Below are positions 1-13,282 of a stretch of 64,000 nucleotides of DNA, piece by piece. A program made the translations under genes and the position numbers. The notes below the pieces were generated by a model. The model worked only from the letters and a program-made list of their open reading frames with translations. It was not told where the DNA came from and did no database searches. How positions within the stretch are numbered: position 1 is the stretch's first letter; the number at the start of each line of letters is the position of its first letter. Source of the DNA: Mobula hypostoma (taxonomy: Eukaryota); assembly GCF_963921235.1 (NCBI RefSeq), contig NC_086097.1, forward strand, positions 166,100,001 to 166,164,000, given 5' to 3'.

Positions 1-1027
1 TGATAGGGCTTAGGGGGTGTCCTGTATCAGGATCAGGGTTCCGAGCTGAGGCCCGTTGCATTTGCCAGCCGGAGTCTGTTGCCCTCCAAGAAAAACTATC
101 CCACACACAAATTGGAGTTTCTGGCATTGAAATGGGCTGTGGTGGATAAGCTGAGTGACGACCTCTATGGTGACAAATTTGAGGTGAGGACGGACAACAA
201 TCATCTAACTTATATCCTGACCTTGGCAAAATTGGATGCCACAGGCCATCAGTGGTTGGCAGCGTTGTCAGCCTGATTTCAGCCTGAGGTACCAGCCAGA
301 AAGTCAGAACATTGATGCTGATGCTTTGTCCCAACATAAGCATGAAGGGCTGGACAGGTACGAAGAGTGGGAGATTGTTCCTGCCCCAGGAGTGAAAGCC
401 ATGTGCCAGTTTGCCATCACAGTGAAGGCAGGCAGAAGGCAAGGGCAGGATCGAGTGGTAGATCAATTGGGAGCTTCTGATGACGCCATTCCACAAGTTT
501 ACTGTTATCTGACTGCTCTGAAGACAAACCAATTACCTGAACTGAGTCCTGAGGAACTGGCAGCTGCTTAGCGAGATGACCCAGGCATCGGTACCATTTG
601 GTCAGCGGTTGAAAAGGGAGACGTGGCCCAAGCAGAGAAGACAAAACATGCTGCAGGTCCTCCACTACGGAGAGAATGGCCCAGATGGGAGTTGAGGAAC
701 CAGATCCTATACTGGGTCATGTCTCCTCTGGACCGACCTCGGTGTTCCCGGCTGGTTTTGCTGGAGACGTATCAGAGGATTGTGTTGAAGTCGCTTCATG
801 ATGATTCTGGATGTTTGGGGATTGAAAAGGCCTATGAATTGCTCAGAGGTCGGTTTTACTGGCCTTGAATGAAACCGAAGGTTGAAGAGTACTGCAAGTC
901 ATGCATTCAATGCATACAGAGGAAGACGTTGCCTACGAGAGCAACTCCATTGTCCCACTTGCAGAGTGAGGGGTCCCTTGACCTGGTGTGTATGGATTTC
1001 CTGTCAATAGAGCCAGATGCCAGCAAC

Positions 1028-1829
1028 TGGAGTGATGATGGCACTAAAGAGCGACTCCTTTGTTTGCATCTTCACAAAGAGCTCTATTTCCATCTACAGT
1101 ATCTTTATTTTCCCCTTTCAGGGTTCTTTTGAAGACCCTGGCCTGGAGTTACACACTGACTACGGTTCTTTGCGGGAATGGGACCCACACTTGGGGTTTC
1201 ATAACTGGCCGTTTTTGTGTTTGGCACGCCAAGGGCTCATCTTTGGAGGCCTAGGATCCCAGGGCTCTGGAGACGGGAGGATTGAAGGGTGGTGTCACGG
1301 CAGGAGATCTGTGTGTCATCGAGGGAGTCAGAATATCTACGGCTGTGTGCCCAGATCTTTGGGCACAGAGCTCGAAAAAAAAGCGGCGTAACAGGCTTCT
1401 AACTCCGTAAACCAGCGAGTTTTTTGTTATGTCTCCCCGCTTGCTGTGAAAACGGAGACACCTCTTTCTCCCTTATTAGCAAGAGAGAGAGAGAGTCTGT
1501 GGTATGTTGAATACTGGGTGAAACGTGAAGTCTTTGGGGTAACTGCAAGACTGTGCCTTTGCTGTTGCTTTGCTCACGCTTGTGTGCTAGGTGGTGGGTG
1601 CTGATGCTTTTTTTTGCCAGTGGGGGAGGGGGAATCATTGCTCGCTGCTGCTTACATGCGGGAGGGGGGAGCTGGGGGGGACTTGGGGGTTCTAACATTT
1701 AACTGTAGTTCATTCTTTGGGGCACTCTGTTTTCGTGGATGGTTGTGAAGTAAAAGCATTTCAGGATGTATATTGTACACATCTCTCTGACATTAAATAT
1801 ACCATTGAAACCTTTGAAATTTTTGAAAC
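1028..1829 (+). mobile_element. Non-coding SINE-like / non-autonomous LINE-derived insertion inside the Gypsy integrase
   Basis: Interrupts the integrase between ...IEPDASN (ends 1027) and MAYVLVIMDHY (starts 1830), which join in frame. Its 3' tail is repeated TTGAAA units. Possible AAC duplication at 1025-1027 / 1827-1829. Confidence 0.8.
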
Positions 1830-3221
1830 ATGGCATATGTCTTAGTCATCATGGATCACTACACCAGATATGCACAAGCTTTCCCTATCAAGGATCAGCG
1901 GGCGTCCACAGTGGCCAAAGTGTTAAGGGAGAAGTATTTCATTTATCATGGTCTCCCCAGGCGGATACATAGTGATCAGGGATGGGATTTCGAGATCAGA
2001 CTCATCCATGAGTTACTGGGCATGCTTGCAGTCGAGAAGTCAAGAACCACGCCCTATCACCCAAAGGCTGATCCCCCAGCCAGAGTAGGTTTAATCGGAC
2101 CTTGCTACACCTGCTCAGAACGTTGGAAATCAGCAAGAACAAGTGGAGTCAACATATTGGACATCTGGTCCACTGCTACAACTGTACATGAAATGAAGCT
2201 ACCGGGTACTCGCCATATTATCTAATGTTTGGGCATGAGGCGAGGTTGCCCATCGACCTCTGTTTTGGGACTGGTGAGGAAGACCTACCATTGAAGATTT
2301 ATCTTAAGTATGTGTCTGATATGAGAAGGGAGCTGAAAAAGGCTTATGAATTAGCTGAGGTTGCCTGCCAAGCAGAATCAAGGAAATAAGAGGAGGTATG
2401 ATTAAAAGGTTAGGCTCTCCCAACTCATGCTGGGAGACTAAGTCCTCATAAAGAATTTGGGGCTACCTGGGAAGCATAATTGACTGACCGCTGGGCGGCC
2501 ACACCCTATGAGGTGGAGAGTCAGATGCCAAACGTACCAGTTTTCTGGGTGAAACCAGAGGATGGGAATTGGCCTGTGAGGATTCTCCATCAGGACCACC
2601 TGGGACAAGAGGTGCAGGTTGACCCAGAGCCCGACCTGGAGCCTACATTTAGTAAGAGGACTCTGCGGCGAGGGAGGGCAACTGAAGGACCAACAGCAGG
2701 AGAGGTTAGGCTGGCCTCTGCCCCGAGAGGGATATTGATTCAGAGGATGAGGAAATGGGGGTGTGGTATATGCTGCCTTTTGCTAACTCCCCACTGATTG
2801 AGGAAGAGATACCCACACCTTCTCACGTTGAGTCAGGTGAAATCGGGGGGGGGGGTGGGCTATCTGTGGACAGCCTGGGTTTCAGCGGGACCTTGCAAGG
2901 AATGAAGTGGGGCTCAGTCAAGGGACCGAGCGGTCTAAGTTGCAGGAGGGCATGAGTGATAGGCCGGGGGAGGCCTCACCAGGTAGACCAGAAGTATCCC
3001 CAGTAGTAGAAGTAGATGAGGGGGTATGGAGGTCTCAATGAATTAGGAGACCACTGGATAGGCTGGCCTATGTAGCACCGGGGGAACAGAGTGTGGCCCC
3101 TACCGCTTTGGGGAGCTGTATCTCTGCCTTTTACACCTGGGTTGGACTTTGTGTTTTGCATAAAGAGTTGGCAAATTATCTTAATGTCATGAGGACATGA
3201 CTAAATTTGGTGGGAGGAGAG

Positions 3222-3782
3222 TTTAACACCCTGGGAAAGGTTTCACTATAATGTAATGGTCTTTCTGTAGCAGCAGTATTTGGGTTATGGCTAGAGATAA
3301 CGGGGGCTTTGGAATGTGCACTGTCCAATGAAGGAAGTGTTCTTGTTTTGTGCCTGAGACCGAGGTGACCTGGGTCTTTTGTTTGGCGGGAGATGGAGAG
3401 AGAAGACGCCGGAGAGGAGAGATCACAGGAGTGAACCTGGAGTGGGGCCAGGAGTTGATGAAGCCCAGGGAAATCGATGGAAGACCAGCGGAAGGGAAAT
3501 CGTGAGCTCCAACTTGTGCACATTAGACTGTTTCATTAAAGTGGGCCCTTTTCTTTTTGTTTTACTTTTCTAACCCTTTAGTCAAATTAAGAATTATAAA
3601 GCTGAATCATTTAATTGCATATACTGTACTGTCTGTTATTTCGTGGTACTGACTTGTTACAGGGCAACACATCATGCAGCATTCACACAAACAGGAGGTT
3701 TTGCACCTCAATCTCATACATTTGGTGGGGCCAGAGATTGTCTTCCCTAGATTTACGCAGCCAGTAGAACCTGAAGGTTACT
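3222..3782 (+). repeat. 3' LTR of the Gypsy element
   Basis: Polypurine tract GGTGGGAGGAGAG (3209-3221) is followed by TTTAACACCCTGG (degenerate TGTAAC). It ends ...AGGTTAC at ~3781. Clear similarity to the solo LTR at 58079-58658. Confidence 0.75.
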
Positions 3783-4211
3783 TATGAGGCTGATTTCCTG
3801 CCATTGGATGCTTCACCAGCAGTCGATGATGAACATTCCCCGGTAAACCATCTTGTGACCTGTTGAACCCTTCCCAAGGTCTTTCCCTTTGATGACCTGC
3901 AACCTGTGACACAGATCTACATCCATGGCTGACCTGTTTTCCTTCATCTCTGAGGAATTTTGCAACAGCAAGAAAAACATTTGTTGGCTCAGGGAACTGC
4001 AAATTAGCATTACCTTCTACCCACCAAATCATTGCTAAGCCTATATGGTTTCTCAATGGTTTCACCATTGTGATAGATTCCCACTGAGAGGAGTACAGTG
4101 GTCAAGGAGGAAATATATTAGATTACATCCAACCAGAACCTGTAGTCAAGAACATTATTAAGATGTTGCCTGTTTGGGTTGGAGGTTATAATAACTGGCC
4201 AGGAATGAGGT

Positions 4212-4620
4212 GACCATAAAACCATAAGATACTGGAGCGAAATTGGGCCATTCAGTCCATTGAGTCTGCTCCACCTTTCAACTGGTTTTTATTTCAAGTT
4301 CGCTCTCCTGCCTTCTCCCCATAACCCTTAGCCACCTTATCAACAAAGAGCCTATCAATCTCTGCCTTAAATACTCCTAATGACTTGACCTCTACAGCTC
4401 TCTGTGGCAATGCATAACCTGAAACCCACTTAACCAATCAAGAGCCTACCAATCTCTGCTTTAAATACACCCAGTGATTTTTCTCAGGGCACTATTTGGC
4501 AATGAATTACACAAATTCACCACGATTTAGCTTAATAAGTTCCTCCTCATCTCAGTTTTAAAGCAACATCCTTTTATTTGGAGGCTGTATTTTACAATGG
4601 AAGCATCCTTTCTGCATCCT
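4212..4620 (-). mobile_element. CR1 LINE 3' fragment with a local internal duplication
   Basis: Reverse CR1 tail (ACCATAAGATACTGGAGCGAAATTGGGCCATTCAGTCC). The segment AAGAGCCTA.CAATCTCTGC.TTAAATAC occurs twice (~4345 and ~4440). Confidence 0.7.
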
Positions 4621-5389
4621 ATTCAATAGTGAAAGAGAGAGGAGAAGGGATTTGTTATCAAACAGCTGGCTACAGTGATGGGCTAGAGTAAATTGTAAGG
4701 TTGCAGGTTGCTACTAACAAAAAGAAAAACATTAAAATCTTTCTAATCGTTTGACATTGCTGAGTGTCTGAGGTAATCCACTTTGTAATTTAAACCCAGC
4801 TGAATGGATGAACAAATATTGATTTTCCTGCACTCCCCCTACTATACATCCCTAATTCCCACCTGCCCATATCTGCCAGAACATACCCAAACTATAGCTT
4901 TCTGACTGAGCTGACCAGAGTCAATCAATTTTCCTACTTTAAGAAAACTTCCCTGGAGCCAATTCCTTCCCAGCTTCCTTAGATGGCAAATTATACATTG
5001 AAGTCTGTCAAAGCAAGAGCTCAAGGCCAGTGGCAACAGCCCTCTAAAAATGTTCCTTCCAGAAGCAGTGCTTCCGATTATCCTGCAGGTAATATTCTAT
5101 AGTATTTATTTTCTGATCTGAGCAGGACATGATAAAGACACTTTGGCTCTTTTATCATAGGTGTTCCTGGAAAAGATGTCTGCATGATGAAGTGTGTTGG
5201 AAGGTAATTTTAATTTTTATGTACAGGTATGGCTGACTCACTGTGTTGTGATTTGAATGCTTGATTTAAATGCTGATCCTCTCTGTTCTCCCTCCCTCAT
5301 TTTCCCACCTGACCCAGGAGATTCTGTAACAATACAGAGGGGAGAGTGGAGTTTTCACTAATTCTTACACATTTATACCAATCCCATAC

Positions 5390-5645
5390 AAGTCCCATTT
5401 TATTCCCCCACACCCCCCACATTCCCATCAATTCCTTCTAAATTCTACTGGTCTCCTGCACATTAGTGGCAAATTACACTGACCTATTAATCCACCAAAC
5501 CGATTGTCTTTGGAATGCAGAGACAAGCAGAGCACCCTGAGGAAACTCACACGATCACAGAGCAAAACTGCCAACACCATATCGAGAGTACCAGAGGGAT
5601 CAAGGCTAAACCCCTGCTGCCTAAATGTGCCACTGTCCTGCTGTG
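5390..5645 (-). mobile_element. V-SINE (HE1-like) tRNA-derived SINE, decayed
   Basis: TGTCTTTGGAATGCAGAGACAAGCAGAGCACCCTGAGGAAACTCACAC matches the reverse complement of the V-domain core as recalled. Related copies at ~36935 and ~46612. Confidence 0.65.
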
Positions 5646-6937
5646 ATACTGTGACCCCGCCTGTACACCCACTTCCTTTTTGTAAACCTGGACAAAAGCA
5701 GAGATAAAAAAAAATGACCGAACAAATCTTGAGTCTTGGAGTTTTACAGCTCGGAAACAGATTCATTGGACCAAGTCAGAGCTCCCAGAGGACACCCACT
5801 ACTAGAATATGCAAATCCCGTACAAATAGCATCTGGGGTCAGGACTGAACCCGGGTTCACTCATTCTCCCCTTCAGAATGAAATAACTTGATATTTCAAT
5901 TGAATGATACTTCAGTAAAATATAACTATTTTTTCTTATCAATTTCCAAACTTCTGGAGAACTACTTTGGATATCTGTTGCTCATGTTTAATGATTTCAA
6001 AGCAAGATAACGAATGTGATGGCAGATCGGACTTTAAATTTTTGCGTCTTTCCCTTCCCTATAGATTGTCGAGGGAGTGTCAATTGCGTGACATCATTTT
6101 CCTGAATTCTCTGCCAGCAGGACCATGTTGTGGGATTTAACAATGAAATTAAAGGAAAAGGAAGAAACAATCTGTACAGCTAAGTTCATAATTTTTCTCA
6201 GCATTCGTTTGAAGGGAAGTTTTAGTTTACTATTTTGTTAGGAGTCAAGACCTCTCATTTTATCTAATCTTATGCTTCTAATTTCTAAACCTTTTTTGCA
6301 CAAGACAAAACCCTGATTCGCATTCAGCAAGGCACAGACTTGCTCAAATTACCTTTGTGTTCAAATCCCTCTAATTCTTGGCAGTTACCCATCTGTGTAA
6401 ACACCATGAGATCCATCATCTTCAGTTCTGGCTTCTTACGCTTCCCTGATTTCACTCTTCCATCTGGCATTCTCAGCACTTCCCCTCTTTTAAGATATTC
6501 CTTAAACCAGCCTTTTGGTCACCTTCTCTCATGTCTTCTTATGGACAGTGGATAGCATTTAGTACATCTTAAATCACTCATGTAGAAAGTTCTAACTGAT
6601 AACTTGAATCAAGTGAGTTCAAAATTTCTTCTTGAAGATTTATTTGACATTTTTATTTTTATTTATGTGAAGAAGAGTTTATTTCCTAAAACTGTCTTTT
6701 TCTTAGTTTGAACCCACAACTCCTGGATCACCTCAATTTTTTAAATATAAAAACTGATTTTTCACTTACATTATCCCATATATAATCACAACTCTATGAT
6801 ATCAATCCTTTGACACGTCCATTTAAGGCTGAATATTGTAAGTTAGTTAATTAGACTTTTGGCATTGGTGAGAGTAAAGTCTGAGATGGTGGGGATGTGG
6901 GTGGCAAAAAAACAATGTCTTTTAAGGTAGCAAGCTT

Positions 6938-9545
6938 TCAAAGTTCTAAGTAAACTTTATTATCAGAGTACATATATGTCACCATATACAACCCTGAGAT
7001 TCCTTTTCCTGCGGGCATACTCAGCAAATCTATAGAACAGTAACTGTAAACCAGATCAATGAAGGAGCAAGTGAGGTGCAGAAGACAACAAACTGTGGAA
7101 ATACAAATATAAATAAATAGCAATAAGTAGTGTAAGCATCTGGTGGTGGCATCCATTAGTCTCGCGAGACCATGGATCGGCGCCTGGAAAGTCTTGCTTC
7201 AGTCTGCATTAGAGCAGTGTATGTTGTGGCTGTAGAGGCCCACACGGGAGTGACAGTCTTGGCTGCAGTGACTGCACTTGAAGGCGCTGTCCTTCAGTTT
7301 TGTCTTGGTGTTGTTTTTCTGACAAGTGCGCTTTTCTTCAGCAGCAAGCCTCAGCTCCTCTTCTCCTCTTTTTAGACCTCTGCGTAGTTCCAGCCTCCAG
7401 TGAGAGCGATTGCTTGCAATGTCCTCCCACCTCTCAACGTTCATTTTCAGTGACTTCATGTCTCTCTTGCAAACGCCTTTAAAACGAAGATGGGGCCGCC
7501 CTTGTACTCTCTTGCCAGAGGCCAGTTCCCTGTACAGCAGGTTTTTCAGGATCCTCTCATCTGACATGCAGTGTACGTGGCCCAGCCAGCGGAGACAGCA
7601 TTGTTGGAGCAGGGTGAAGAGGTTGGGTGTCTGGGTGTGGGCCAGGACCTCATTGTTGGCGACTCGGTCAGACCCCGTGATGTCCAAGATACAATAACAA
7701 GATAAAGAGTGATTTAAGTAAGATCATTAGTTGTGGGAACATCTCAATAGCTGTGTGTAGTTATCCTGTTTTGTTCAAGAATCTGATGATTGAGGGGTAG
7801 GAACTGTTCTTGAAGCTGATGGTACAGGTGCCTCAGGACTTGCACTTTCTACCTATTAGCAGCAGTGAGAAAAGGACATGTCCTGGTTGGTGAGGATCTT
7901 TGATGATGGATGCTGCTTTCCTACAACAACGTTTCATGTAGATGTGCTCAGTGGTTGGGAGGGCTTTACTGTGATGCACTGGGCTAAATCCATTAACTTT
8001 TGTAGGACTTTCCATTCAAAGGCATTGGAGTTCCCATACCAGGGCATAATACAGCTAGTCAACACACTTTCCACTACATATCTATAGAAGTTTTGATGTC
8101 ATGCCAAATCTTTGCAGACTCCTAAGGAAATAAGGGTTCTATGTGCTTTCTTTGCAATTACATTTATATGATAGATCCAAGACAGGTCCTCTGAGATTGT
8201 GACACCCAGGAATTTAAAGTTACTGACTCTCTTCATCTCTGATCCTCTGATGGTTACCGGCTCATGGACCTTTGGTTTCCCTCTCCTGAAGTCTACAATC
8301 AGTTCTTTGGTCTTGCTGTCATTGAGTGACAGGTTGTTGTTATTACACCACTCAGCCAAGTTTTCAATTTCCCTCCTGTATGCTGATTCTTCAACACCTT
8401 TGATACAGCCCACAGAAATGCTGTCATCGGCAAGCTTGAATATGGTGTTGGAGCTGTACTTAGCCACACAGTCATAGGTATAAAGCGAGTAAAGCAGGGG
8501 CTGAGAACACAGCCCTGTGGTGCTCCTGTGCTGATGGAGACTCTGGGGGGAGATGGTTTTGCCAATCCAAACTGACTGCGTTCTGAAAGTGAGGAAATCC
8601 AGAATCCAGTTGAAAAAGGGGGTATAGAGGCCCAGGTCTTGGAGTTTACTTATTACTTTTGAGGGAATGATGGTATTAAATACTGAGCTGTAATTGATAA
8701 AGAGCACCCTCTTTGCCGTCCAGATCTTCCAGGGTTGTGCGAAGAACCTATGAAATGGCGTCTGCTGTGGACCTGTTGCTCCGGTAGGCAAATTGGAACG
8801 GATCTAAGTTGCCACTCAGATAGGAGCTGATGTGTTTCATCACCAGCCTCCCAAAGCACTTCATCACAGTGGATGTGCGTGGTTGATCGTCATTGAGGTA
8901 GATCACCGCACTCTTCTTGGGCATCTGTATTATTGAAACCTGCTAGACCAGGTGGGTACTACACACTGCCAGAGCGAGAGGTTGAAGCTATCTCTGAGCA
9001 CACCAGCTTGCTGGTCAGCACAGGTCTTCAGTACTCGACCAGGTATGCTTTCCTTGGACTCACCTGCTTGAAGGAAGCCCGCATATCATATTCAGATACT
9101 GAGATCATCAGGAGATGTGGGGGTGTGCAATGATTCCTCCATGTTCTGACAGTCAAAGCGAGCACAGAAGGTCATTGAGCTCATCTGGAAGCAAAGCTCT
9201 GCTGTCCCCCACATTGCTTGATTTAACTCTGTAGGTGGTTGAAGCATTCAAACTCTGCTACAGCTGTCGAGCATCCCTCGTTGATTCCAGTCTAGTCCGG
9301 AATCTCCACTTCACCCGTGGCATGCCTTTCTGGAGAACATTCATGCATGTCTTGTAGCATTCTTGATCTTCAGCCTTGAATACCTCTGACCTGGTCCTCA
9401 GCAAATATCGGATTTTATGGTTCATCCAGGGCTTCTGATTGGGGACGACCCTGAATGATTTCATAGGGACACACTCATCTACAGCTGTTTTTATGATGTC
9501 TGTTACAACCCTGTTGTAGTCATTCAGATCCTCAGATGAGTCTTG
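6938..9545 (-). mobile_element. Rex1/Babar-type LINE, 5'-truncated and decayed
   Basis: RT fragments [59 protein letters not shown] (8099-8791) and PNQKPWMN (9258-9464). The 3' UTR ends ...AATAAAGTTTACTTAGAACTTTG on the minus strand. Confidence 0.9.
7140..7691 (-). mobile_element. RTE-clade LINE 3' fragment nested in the Rex1 3' UTR
   Basis: ORF 7199-7687 with LRWLGHVHCM..ERILKNLLYREL..GKR..GRPHLRFK..CKRDMK and C-terminal CSHC..CHSRVGLYSH zinc finger. RTE-type end CATGGTCTCGCGAGACTAATGGATGCCACCACCA on the minus strand. Confidence 0.9.
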
Positions 9546-9809
9546 ACAATGAATTATTGTAATAGCTTTTATTCCCCTTGAGATACAGGCAAAAATTTAT
9601 GGGATATTCCATATGTGGAGGCAGCCTACATACCATGCCAATATGATATTGATTACAATTAAATCATGAAGAATTTTTAACTTTGCAGTTATTAATGAAT
9701 AAATCAATAGCAACTGGGTTCCAGTAACTCATTGACTTCCTGGCGGATGCTTAGTATTGACTGAACAACTCCAGCAAACAGTGGAGAGAGTTAAATTGAG
9801 AAAAAAATT

Positions 9810-10035
9810 GATCCCAAAGTGTTTTGATGGACTGAATGTGTGGAGAATATTTCTTCTTGGGGGACAGTCTAGATCAAAAATTCACTGCTTAAAAATAAAA
9901 GGCCATCAACTTAAAGCTGAGATGAGATTTTTTTTTCTCTCAGAGAGCTGTAAATCTTTTTTGCTTTCTTCCACAATGGGCAGTGGAAGCAAAGTCTCAG
10001 ATCATTTTAAAGGTGGAGGTAGATGGATTCTTGAT
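9810..10035 (+). mobile_element. CR1 LINE 3' fragment, decayed
   Basis: Translates to IFLLGGQSRSKIHCLKIKG..LKAEMRFFF and ILKVEVDGFLINK, resembling the CR1 ORF2 C-terminus. Confidence 0.65.
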
Positions 10036-10168
10036 AAACAAGTTGGTAAAAGATGATTTTAATTTGTGTTTGTCCTCATTTTATACTGTGCTGCTGCCGC
10101 AGAAAACTAATTCTCATGGCATTTATACCCTGCGTATGTATACCTATGACAGCAATAAACCTGCACGC

Positions 10169-10248
10169 CAGGGGTTTCCAACCTAGGGTAAATGGAACCC
10201 TCGATTAATGGTAAGGACCCATGGCATAAAGAAGGTTGGGAACCCCTG
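10169..10248. mobile_element. 80-bp hAT (Charlie-like) MITE
   Basis: TIRs CAGGGGTTTCCAACCT ... AGGTTGGGAACCCCTG. Degenerate 8-bp flanks CTGCACGC / CTGTACAT. Confidence 0.8.
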
Positions 10249-10909
10249 CTGTACATGAAGCTACATAGTCAGTAATGCGGAGCTCAGGTTACAATAGACC
10301 TTACTGAACAGTTCACCAAGTCTGAGGGGCCAAATGGTTTCTTCCTGAACCAAATTAATATGTTCATTGAATCATATCAAAAGCTACAGACAAGTGACCT
10401 TGCCATCGATGCCCATACATCAACAAATGTTTCAAGCAGTAATTCATTTTTAGGTTTTCGCTTACAATGTGTACTTCAAAGGACATCTGATTTTAATAAT
10501 AAATGTTGGGAGAACTTTAGAAGACCTTGTTATGGTCATACCGATATTGGGATAGTTATTTTCCCTGTTGTAGTCACTAGTATTTTGGATCTTTGTTTTC
10601 TTCCATTACACCTGGGTGTTCCTTTCTTCAGCAACTCACCACTGGAGGGCTAGTCCTAAGCCATGAAATTCCATCTCCAACACTCTTGTTTGATTTTGAC
10701 ATTGGTTTCCTGAACTAGGCAGGCAATATCAGCTGCTCTTGGTTCTTCCATCCTAATGCTTGTTTCCTTTGTCTTCAACAGATTTTAAATCCATGGATAG
10801 AAATCCAGTAGGAAGCCAATGTGTAGTATCTGTTTGCCACATATTTTCAGCTTCTAGCTCAGTTGCCTCACCATTTCCTCCTCCTCTTGTTATCAACCAC
10901 TTCCTGTGC

Positions 10910-11580
10910 CAAAAATCTTACCCCAAATCCCCTCTAAGACATATTCCTCTCACCTTAAACCTATGCTCTTTTAATTTGGAATACCTATTCTATCTGTGCT
11001 TCCATAATCTCATATACTTCTGTCAGATTATCTCTCATCTTCCTTCATTCAGGGAAAACATGCCCAGCCTATCCAATCTCTCCCGGCAACAAAAGTGATC
11101 CAATCCAAGCAACATCTTGGTGAATGTCCTCTGCATGTGAGACCACATTCTTCCTATAGTGTGGTGACTGAAACTGCACAATATTCCATGTGGAGACTAA
11201 CCATTGTTGCAGCAGAACATGCTAACTCTGCCCTGACATGTAAGAGCAAGCTTACCATACACATTCTTCTCCACCATATGGCTACTTTCAGAGAACAATG
11301 GAGTTGGATCCCAAGATCCCTCTGTTCACCAGCATCAGTAGCAACCTATATTTACTGCATATGTCCTACCCCTGTCTGATTTACCAAAATTAATCCCCTT
11401 GCTCTTGCCAAGTCTAATTTCATCTGCCAATTTCGTGCCCTGCTTTCGACTGATAGATATATGCAATCTTAGACAACCTTCCTTGCTAATCAGCAACACC
11501 ACCAACTTTTAGGTCATCTACAAACCTATTAATCATAGCTCCTATATTCGCATCCAAGTCATTAATATATGTTGCAAATT
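10910..11580 (-). mobile_element. CR1 LINE ORF2 3' fragment, old
   Basis: Similar to the reverse-strand CR1 copies at 30536 and 38212 (CCTTAAACCTATG, CCTATCCAATCTCTCC, CCCAAGATCCCTCTG). Confidence 0.65.
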
Positions 11581-12939
11581 ACATGGAATCAATGGGCCAT
11601 AAGGAAATAAGAGCTTCTCAGCTCTCCACCAAGTTTTAATTCTTAAATTATTTCTCGTCCAACAGCCAATGAATCATCTGTTGTGGTCTTTCCCCAACAT
11701 GAAAAATGAGAGGAAGAGCATGGATCAAACAGAAAAACTGACAGTTCTGTCAAATATTCTATTTGTGCTGAATAAATTCTATGTATGTATCTTCATACAA
11801 GTTTTGCTAGTTAAACCTGTCATCTTCCTTGACTTTCTTTGCTATGATATGGCATTCTTGTTGACCAGTGTCATTAGGTATTGGAGCAAGTCAGCTGACC
11901 CTGCCTGATTAATAAGAAGCAGAAAGTTTGTGCCAATGTAAATTCCAGCCCTCTCTTTCCTGGAAGCCACACTTGCCCTGCAAACGTCATACGTTTTGGG
12001 ATTTTATTTTGGTCATAAATTTATCATCTGTTTCTTGTTCAAACCAGGACTCTGGCTACCACCAGGATTTTTAAAAGTCAAATTGCAATAGAACAAATGA
12101 TCAATTTCTAACTAGATTTTTTAGGTGAGATATTCTCAATTTACACCCCTAAGTTAGTGATTCAATGTGCCATTAGATTTCTGTAGTAGGAGATTTCTTT
12201 GGTACCTGCCATGACCTGTGTTTTTACTAACTCGATCAAAGTAACAGAATGCAGTATGAACAGGATCTTTAATGACGGCCAACTTACCTTGCGGCTCTAC
12301 CCACTGGAAGTTCCTCCACCATGGCTACATTAGAGCAGGAGCCCATTTCCCTGTCTTCACAGAACTGCAGCCAACTCAAGCCTTTAGTCATGCCCCAAGT
12401 CAACATCCTTCAATTGAACAGCAGTCAAATGTTTATGCAGCTTGCAAAAATAATGGAAAAAACCATTATAAGTCATCTAACTTTTCACTGCAATTTAATA
12501 TGTTCCAAAGCTAGGTTATTGCTACAATGGAAAAGTGAAGCAGGTGGACCTGAACTCAAATCCTTCACACAGCCACTGATCAATGTTTGTGAGTGATCAA
12601 ACACCTTTAACTCTGCTTGTTCTTAAATTGGCCAGGTTAATTAAATTGAACCATAGAGACTAATCAAGTTACTGGTGTTGTCCAGTTACAAATAGTAGTG
12701 AGCAATTAAACAGATAAGAAGATTGAAATGATGTTCCTTAACAAAGACAAAGCCTAGAAGGTGAGTGACAAAGACAAGGTGAAGCAACTGCAGCTACCTT
12801 CAGCCAAAAGTGCCAAATGGAAGATCTACCTTGGATTCTTCCTGAGTACTTTCCCATGACAGAACCCAATCTTCATCCTGGTCAGTGTAGTCCATGTGAT
12901 ATCCAGACATGAACAAGTTTACTGAATCCATTTATTGGG

Positions 12940-13188
12940 TACAACCTCAGAATATAAATATGTCCCTGTAGAACAGAAGATGGTGAATCTGTGGAGTTCT
13001 TTGTGGAGGCCAAGCCAATGGGTATATTTATTTAAAGCGGTGGTTGATAGGTTCTTAGTTTGTAAGGGTGTCAAAGATTATGGGAGAAGGCAGGAAAATG
13101 GGGTTGATAGTGAAAATAAATCATGCAATATTGAATGGCGCAACAGACTCAAAAAACCACGTGGCCTAATTCTGCTCCTATGTCTATG
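12940..13188 (+). mobile_element. CR1 LINE 3' tail
   Basis: GTGAATCTGTGGAGTTC...GGTTGATAGGTTCTT...GGCCTAATTCTGCTCCTATGTCTATG, a typical CR1 end. A similar copy lies at 17635-17875. Confidence 0.7.
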
Positions 13189-13282
13189 ACCTACAGCAGC
13201 AGTCCCCAACCTCCAGGCCACTGACCGATACCAGGCCCTGAAGCATGCAGCGGTGCAGTGGTAGCCAGGATGCACCCAGCGC

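Larger units (their letters stand above)
1..3782 (+). mobile_element. Ty3/Gypsy LTR retrotransposon, 3' portion (RNase H, integrase, PPT, 3' LTR), decayed; continues off the left edge
   Basis: RNase H-like KKNYPTHKLEFLALKWAV...VRTDNNHL (79-276). Integrase Zn-finger region LHDDSGCLG...FYWP*M...CKSCIQC (~790-920). Core LDLVCMDF...LVIMDHYTRYAQAFP...IHSDQG (~980-1980). Frameshifts and stops throughout. Confidence 0.95.

Noticed and set aside
12272..12596. Overlapping ORFs and a minus-strand donor (CAAG|GTAAGT near 12288) as a host exon
   Set aside because: No recognisable protein, and no acceptor that gives a convincing open exon.
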